NCBI RefSeq assembly: GCF_964355755.1
Contig: NC_092671.1
Span: 32,870,304-32,934,303 of the forward strand
DNA length: 64,000 nt
Direction: 5' to 3'
From: Antedon mediterranea
Lineage: Eukaryota; Animalia; Echinodermata
A model generated the notes under the pieces. It did not search any database. It saw only the letters and a list, made by a program, of their open reading frames with translations, and was not told where the DNA came from. Positions 24,061 through 64,000 of the stretch are shown in pieces (positions within the stretch are counted from its first letter, which is position 1; the number at the start of each line of letters is the position of its first letter). Made by a program: the position numbers and the translations under genes.

Positions 24061-26446
24061 GTAAATTGTAACAAATTCAACTATTGTAGCAAAATTAACA
24101 GCCTAACTAGCAAGCACCATTTTTTAGGTAAAATAGTTAAATTATACAACAAGCTGAATTTTTTTGTTCGACAGTTGCTCGCGCTTTTTTAGCCAAATTT
24201 AAAAAAAACAATTTGAAAGTTCACATTCGAGAATACAAAGGATTGACTCCATAATGACTGCAAACATTGTAAAAAGAATACAGTACTTAATAGTGAAACA
24301 CATACCATACCAATATTAATTACATTTTTCTTGTGTCATTAATTACTATAATTTATAGAAAACAGATGGCAACAGTCAATAATAAATAGACTAAAACCAA
24401 ATTTATTTGTTTTCATTTATTGTTTTATTATGGTATATTCTGGAATTCATATTAAAGAAAAAATAAATATTAATTTAATTTAACAAGAAAATTGTATTAT
24501 TTACTATACTGTAAAAGTAAGACCGTTACTGTTTTGGATTGTGTTTTAAGAAAAAAAAACGTACTTTACAAGAAAAAATGTATAATATTATAGTATTAAT
24601 AATAGTATATTTATATTTTAGTATAAATATAGAGACACCATGTTCAATAGTACAGGAACCCAGTCAGCCATTTTGTGTAACCGTTACTGAAATTAGTAAA
24701 GAACAATGGTATTATGTTATGTCAATATGACCCTTTACTTGAAACACTATATTTAGGTTATATGCATTATCATGCATATAACCTTATTGATTTTGTCATA
24801 ATCTTTATTTATTGTTTCCTTAGCATTATTTTGTCCGTTAATTATCTTTAGATCAATTTCATCTAGCTACGTATATTCCTTATCGCCAGGAATCGATGTG
24901 ATTATCTTTTCACGGTGCGTAATCAAAAATCATGTTTGTAATCATATCTTCACAAGCATGTATCATAATTAAATCAAATTTGGTACTCATAAATTTCAGG
25001 TCATAATTTCATCATATGGCAATACAATTACGGTAAGTGCGTAGCGCAAATAACACATTCATATGTGCACTTAAAATATTCAAATTGTCCACATTTATTT
25101 TCGATTTAGAGTATGTTTCAGACAATTTTAAGCGTTTAAAAAAATTGCCATGAATGCAACTGCACGTTAACATTAATACGCATTCTTTTTGCCCGATTTC
25201 TGTTTTACAATTATTTTTTTTAATTACTAGAAAAAGCTGGAAAAAGTAAATAAAAAAAGAAATAAACATGTTTTTATACTCCTAGTTCACTGTACTGTAC
25301 ACAGACATGCGAAAACTGCTTAGAAATTCGCGTAGAAAGTTGATTAGAAATTCATTTTGCGCATTCTTAAATGTGCGTGCACACGTAACTTTGTGTGAAA
25401 CATGCGATTTTTAATCCACTGAAAGTTGACTCTTGATATGAATTAAAGTGTCAATACAAAATGAATTTTGGTTTTTAATCTATGATCAATCATTAAAATT
25501 CATGTCACTTTGCGCAACTGTGACGTTTAAAAAAATACAATCACAAGGAGTTATCCGCCAAGGTGCGGATAACTAATAATAAATGTTTATATTCGTGCAA
25601 TGGGGAAAATTGGGTGAAAGCTGGGTGAAAGCTAAAATGCCCCATTGCACTCATAAACATTCATTATTTGTACAATAGTGCCTCCTACACTACAGCCAAA
25701 AATACAATGCAGTACATGTTTCTAGGAGGAAATAAAGTATGGTTGAGAATGTCCTGACATTTTGGTTGGTATGCTACGACCGTCTAATGCAGAATAACTG
25801 CAAACCTATTACAACTGTACTATGTCATTTGTGGGAGGAGTAGTCTTTTATTCATTTTTAAGCCTTTTTTAAGGATGTTACAATGGGGTAACTTGTGAAT
25901 GATTTTAGGAAATACTAAGATTCATCATAAATTCAAAACCAATAATCTATATATAAATTTACGTAAGGGCAAAATTCGGTAAATCTCGGTTTATTTCTAG
26001 AATTTTTACACGATGGTATATAAAGTTGGTTCGTACTTTCGGTACTGATTTTAACCATCTGATGTAACCCTGTTTACTCATTAAATTGAGTTAGGTAATT
26101 AGTTATTGACGATTAAAACGAATTTAGGTTCAACGATTTGCCCCAAATAGGGGTGTTTTCCGATCGTGGTATACACTGTCTAATGGAGGTCTATCTTGAA
26201 AAATACCCGCCACAAAAATACGAGGAGGCTTCGCATTTTCCTATCTCCTCCTCCGATAATTGTTTTTAATAGCTGAAAACTGGTTGAACAGCTAGAGTAC
26301 AGCATCATAATGTTGAAGACAGGCCGATTTTCTTAAAAAAATACTATTTTGATAGATTTAATATACGATTATACAAATGTATTGATTTGCGATGAATGGA
26401 ACATTCCAATCTCTGTTTCACAAGTGTCTATTCCCTCAGGCGTCGT

Positions 26447-28288
26447 AAAGGCAAGTACAGTACTGTATACTCGAAATTCGATCCATTTTTGTTTTCAATC
26501 TATGCTGCAGAGGTTGGATATAATTTTTTTTTAAACGGATAATGAGCTAGCGGTTTCACTCGCCGTATATTATGTACAAATCTTTATTATTGCAGTTAAA
26601 CCACCCACATCATCACCTTTCCCTCACTGGCATGAGTAGCGTTGTAAAACCAGTAGAGAAGGCCTACGGTACATCACATGCCCTAAACGCAGAACAACTT
26701 TGGTGGGTAGGGTAGGAACCAACTTAAGTATGAATTGGCTCTAAGAAACAATTGAAAACCATTAGGCCTACTAATTAAGTTGAGTTAGATAATTTAATAT
26801 TTATTGACGATTAAATCAAATTTATGATTTTCCCCGAATAAAGGTGGTTTTCACAAATTGTTTTACATTATATTATAAACATATACACGTCGTAGTGATG
26901 TATCGTTACATGTGCTGTACTATTTCAATCGACTATGACGGTGATAGTTTCAACAAAGTATTACATCACAATGTTTTACTGTGTTTAGTGGTATATTATT
27001 TGTAAAACATGAAAGCAATTAATATTTCGTTACTAAATGGATAAAGAATATATTTTAACATTGTTCCTCTTTGCACCCATCCTCTTCCCCATCCCTCAAC
27101 CCTAATGTTACATACAAAACACAAATTAAGTTTGTTTAAATTTGACTTAAACAATTGGTCTTATTTTGTGACAAGTTTCTCTTTCGGAAGTAATAGGGTG
27201 CTAATTTTAGTTGAGTACATAAATCACAGTGTCTATTTAATCGTTCCTGTAAACTACATGTATTATTGTCCTGCGGTACTACGTACATTTGAAATCGCCA
27301 GTTTTTTAACGCTGAAATTATTATGTATTCGAGAACCATCTGTGGGCACGACCTAGATGGTACGCGAAAGGCAAGTACAGTACTGTATACTCGAAATTCG
27401 ATCCATTTTTGTTTTCAATCTATGCTGCAGAGGTTCGATATAATTTTTTTTTAAACGGATAATGAGCTAGCGGTTTCACTCGCCGTATATTATGTACAAA
27501 TCTTTATTATTGCAGTTAAACCACCCACATCATCACCTTTCCCTCACTGGCATGAGTAGCGTTGTAAAACCAGTAGAGAATAGGCCTACGGTACATCACA
27601 TGCCCTAAACGCAGAACAACTTTGGTGGGTAGGGTAGGAACCAACTTAAGTATGAATGGGCTCTAAGAAACAATTGAAAACCATTAGGCCTACTAATTAA
27701 GTTGAGTTAGATAATTTAATATTTATTGACGATTAAATCAAATTTATGATTTTCCCCGAATAGAGGTGGTTTTCACAAATTGTTTTACATTATATTATAA
27801 ACATATACACGTCGTAGTGATGTATCGTTACATGTGCTGTACTATTTCAATCGACTAGGACGGTGATAGTTTCAACAAAGTATTACATCACAATGTTTTA
27901 CTGTGTTTAGTGGTATATTATTTGTAAAACATGAAAGCAATTAATATTTCGTTACTAAATGGATAAAGAATATATTTTAACATTGTTCCTCTTTGCACCC
28001 ATCCTCTTCCCCATCATCCCTCAACCCTAATGTTACATACAAAACACAAATTAAGTTTGTTTAAATTTGACTTAAACAATTGGTCTTATTTTGTGACAAG
28101 TTTCTCTTTCGGAAGTAATAGGGTGCTAATTTTAGTTGAGTACATAAATCACAGTGTCTATTTAATCGTTCCTGTAAGCGACATGTATTATTGTCCTGCG
28201 GTACGTACATTTGAAATCGCCAGTTTTTTAACGCTGAAATTATTATGTATTCGAGAACCATCTGTGGGCACGACCTAGATGGTACGCG
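26447..28288 (+). repeat. ~920-bp tandem duplication (26447-27366, 27367-28288)
   Basis: Two near-identical copies, each starting AAAGGCAAGTACAGTACTGTATACTCG; matching spurious ORFs at 27105 and 28030. Confidence 0.95.
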
Positions 28289-28312
28289 AGCGAAGCGAGC
28301 GTGCCATCTAGT
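28275..28312 (+). mobile_element. Helitron-like 3' terminus (GC-rich hairpin followed by CTAG|T)
   Basis: CTAGATGGTACGCGAGCGAAGCGAGCGTGCCATCTAG-T. The 5' end was not located. Confidence 0.5.
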
Positions 28313-29920
28313 AATAATAATTCAGTATCAAGAGTCAACTTCCTGTGCATTAAAAATGGTGCGTACAGTACTACAATAGTGTTATGTGCGTACACACATT
28401 CCAAATTCCCAAAATATATTAGAGCATGTTTCTCGGGCCATTTTTAGCATTCCAAAATGTTTCAATATTTCATTTCACGCAGAGAAAGACACTGTTTGCA
28501 CTTGAATTTTGTTCTTCATACCTTTTACCTGCACATGATAAACTGTATTTGTTTTCAAGAACTCTAAATGTGCTGTAACAACACACAAGCAGACATCGTC
28601 AAATTGTGCTCTCGCCAATGGGCAATTTAATGTATGTCTATTGGTTACCAGGATAAAATTCTTCTGTGACAGCAACAATAAAAAAAATATAAAAATAGAT
28701 ATATTTAACATACAATCGAATTCACATTTTTAGAAAGAATTTTTTAATGGATAGCACTGATAACAACAATTACAAAAATATATCATTTTTGGAAAGACAT
28801 ATTTTTAATAGCACCATTGTTTAAAGTTTAAACTAATTTAATATAAATCAGCGGAAATATGAAATGGAATTACAAACCAGGATTGAACTCTGTCAGCTGC
28901 AGTGCATACAATCCAGTATGCATCGTACAATGGCCATATTTACATTCACACTTGTTCCATTTCAGAAGATTCTGTTCAATTCTGTATACAGTTTCCGTTA
29001 CATTTCAGTAAAATAGGACAAGTGTGAATGCAACTTTACTATAGGCTAAAATAGTACTAAAATTCAAATACATTTTCCCATGAAATAATTTTTGTTGAAT
29101 ATGCGATTTTTTTGTCCAAAAATTTGGATCGAAAATTACCTGCAAAAACTAATATCTTGATTAAAACTGAAAAATGGCCAATTCAAAGTCTGATTAAATG
29201 TGATTCTTCATTGTTCATATTTTTGTGGGAACAATACATTATTTTTTAAATATATATTACTTTAAGTGAAGTATTTAAAGGAAATAATTTAATGTGTGAT
29301 TGATGAATACACTCACAGAAATATTACTACAGGTGCAACTTTTACATATATATTTTTTCTTCAAATGTGAATATCATTAATGCTATAAAAGATATCAATA
29401 TCAACTTTCTTTTCTTGCTTTAAGCAAATTTTACACACTGACAAGATTTGGACCCACGAGATCGGTAACCATCCGAGCTTGGAAGAGGTTGGTTATTATA
29501 AGCTTGTGATGTAGAATTGAGAAATCATGAGATTTTTAATAGATTCATTACATATGTTAACATAATTTTGTGTAAAGAAGAAGATCATCAATTTAAGATG
29601 GTCAACCAATGGAGGAAGTGTAACCAATTCCTTCATTACCACCCTGGATATTGGTGTACTAGCAATAGTAATAATAATTCCAATATTTTAGGGTAAAGAT
29701 AGAAAAAGTTGCTGTTTTTGTAAACTGAACTACCCATAAAAATACACTACATATAAAATATTACAAAACTATAATTTGTTTTCAGGTAAAAAAAGAACAA
29801 ACTTTTCTATATCCAATCCCAATACCTTATGTACAAATAAAAAACATACAAAAAATTTAAACATAATTACAAAATTGGCTAGTTTTTGTTTTAAATTAGA
29901 GAATTTTTCTTTTCCCATCA

Positions 29921-63578
<33,658 letters not shown>

Positions 63579-64000
63579 CTAAAAAATGTATGCAATGACT
63601 TGTTTAGTTCTACACAAAATCAAAAGGGAGCATTTTCACCAGAAATATTAATTAGAAAGTTGGTCCAAAATATTTGTAAGAATGTTTCTGACACCAATGC
63701 TTTTCTTAAATACAGTTACATACCACCACTACCACCACCACCACTAACTTGCCATTAGCCCGCGTGTGAATGTTGAAAAGCACTGGTTTTCAGAATGTAT
63801 GCAAGTAGTTTATAAAATTTAAACTAAATAAACTAATCAAAATCTGGTCTGTGAAGGTTTCTATAGTGTTTTCTTCTCTGGGAGAGTATATATGGACTTT
63901 ATGCATCAGGAATGGTAAACAAAGGTGATGATAATTAACAAAGCGTGACAGTTATTTTGAGACACAAGTGATAGCGGTAGTCTCCTTCTAGACATAGTCC

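Noticed and set aside
27105-28278. Duplicated 82-83 aa ORFs
   Set aside because: No recognisable domain; they simply reflect the 920-bp duplication.

Overview
AT-rich metazoan genomic DNA, probably an invertebrate deuterostome (inferred from Deu/Nin-domain-like SINEs and the gene content). 1-24 kb: a tandem cluster of six + strand C2H2 zinc-finger ORFs (two 'A-type', four 'B-type'), each an 84-bp minisatellite-like finger array with no recognisable effector domain. Finger number and DNA-contact residues differ between copies while the flanks stay almost identical. The cluster includes a ~4.9-kb segmental duplication (1-4943 vs ~14009-19238). Between the two copies lies a ~9-kb stack of nested DNA transposons: a P-like MITE containing an Academ-like element containing another P-like MITE, plus a Mutator-like foldback element. 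24-29 kb: repeats, including a 5S-derived fragment and a Helitron-like end with a 920-bp tandem duplication. 29.9-63.6 kb, minus strand: 46 phase-consistent GT-AG exons of a kielin/chordin-like (KCP) gene with at least 26 VWC repeats followed by VWD, C8 and TIL domains; its 5' end lies beyond the window. Its introns hold 42-, 44-, 70- and 21-bp minisatellites, a 5'-truncated CR1-group LINE inserted into a palindrome bearing two hammerhead-ribozyme-like motifs, a 5S-derived SINE, Deu-domain-like SINEs, Harbinger-like MITEs and a Gypsy-like solo LTR. All coordinates and family calls were read by eye; no database searches were run.
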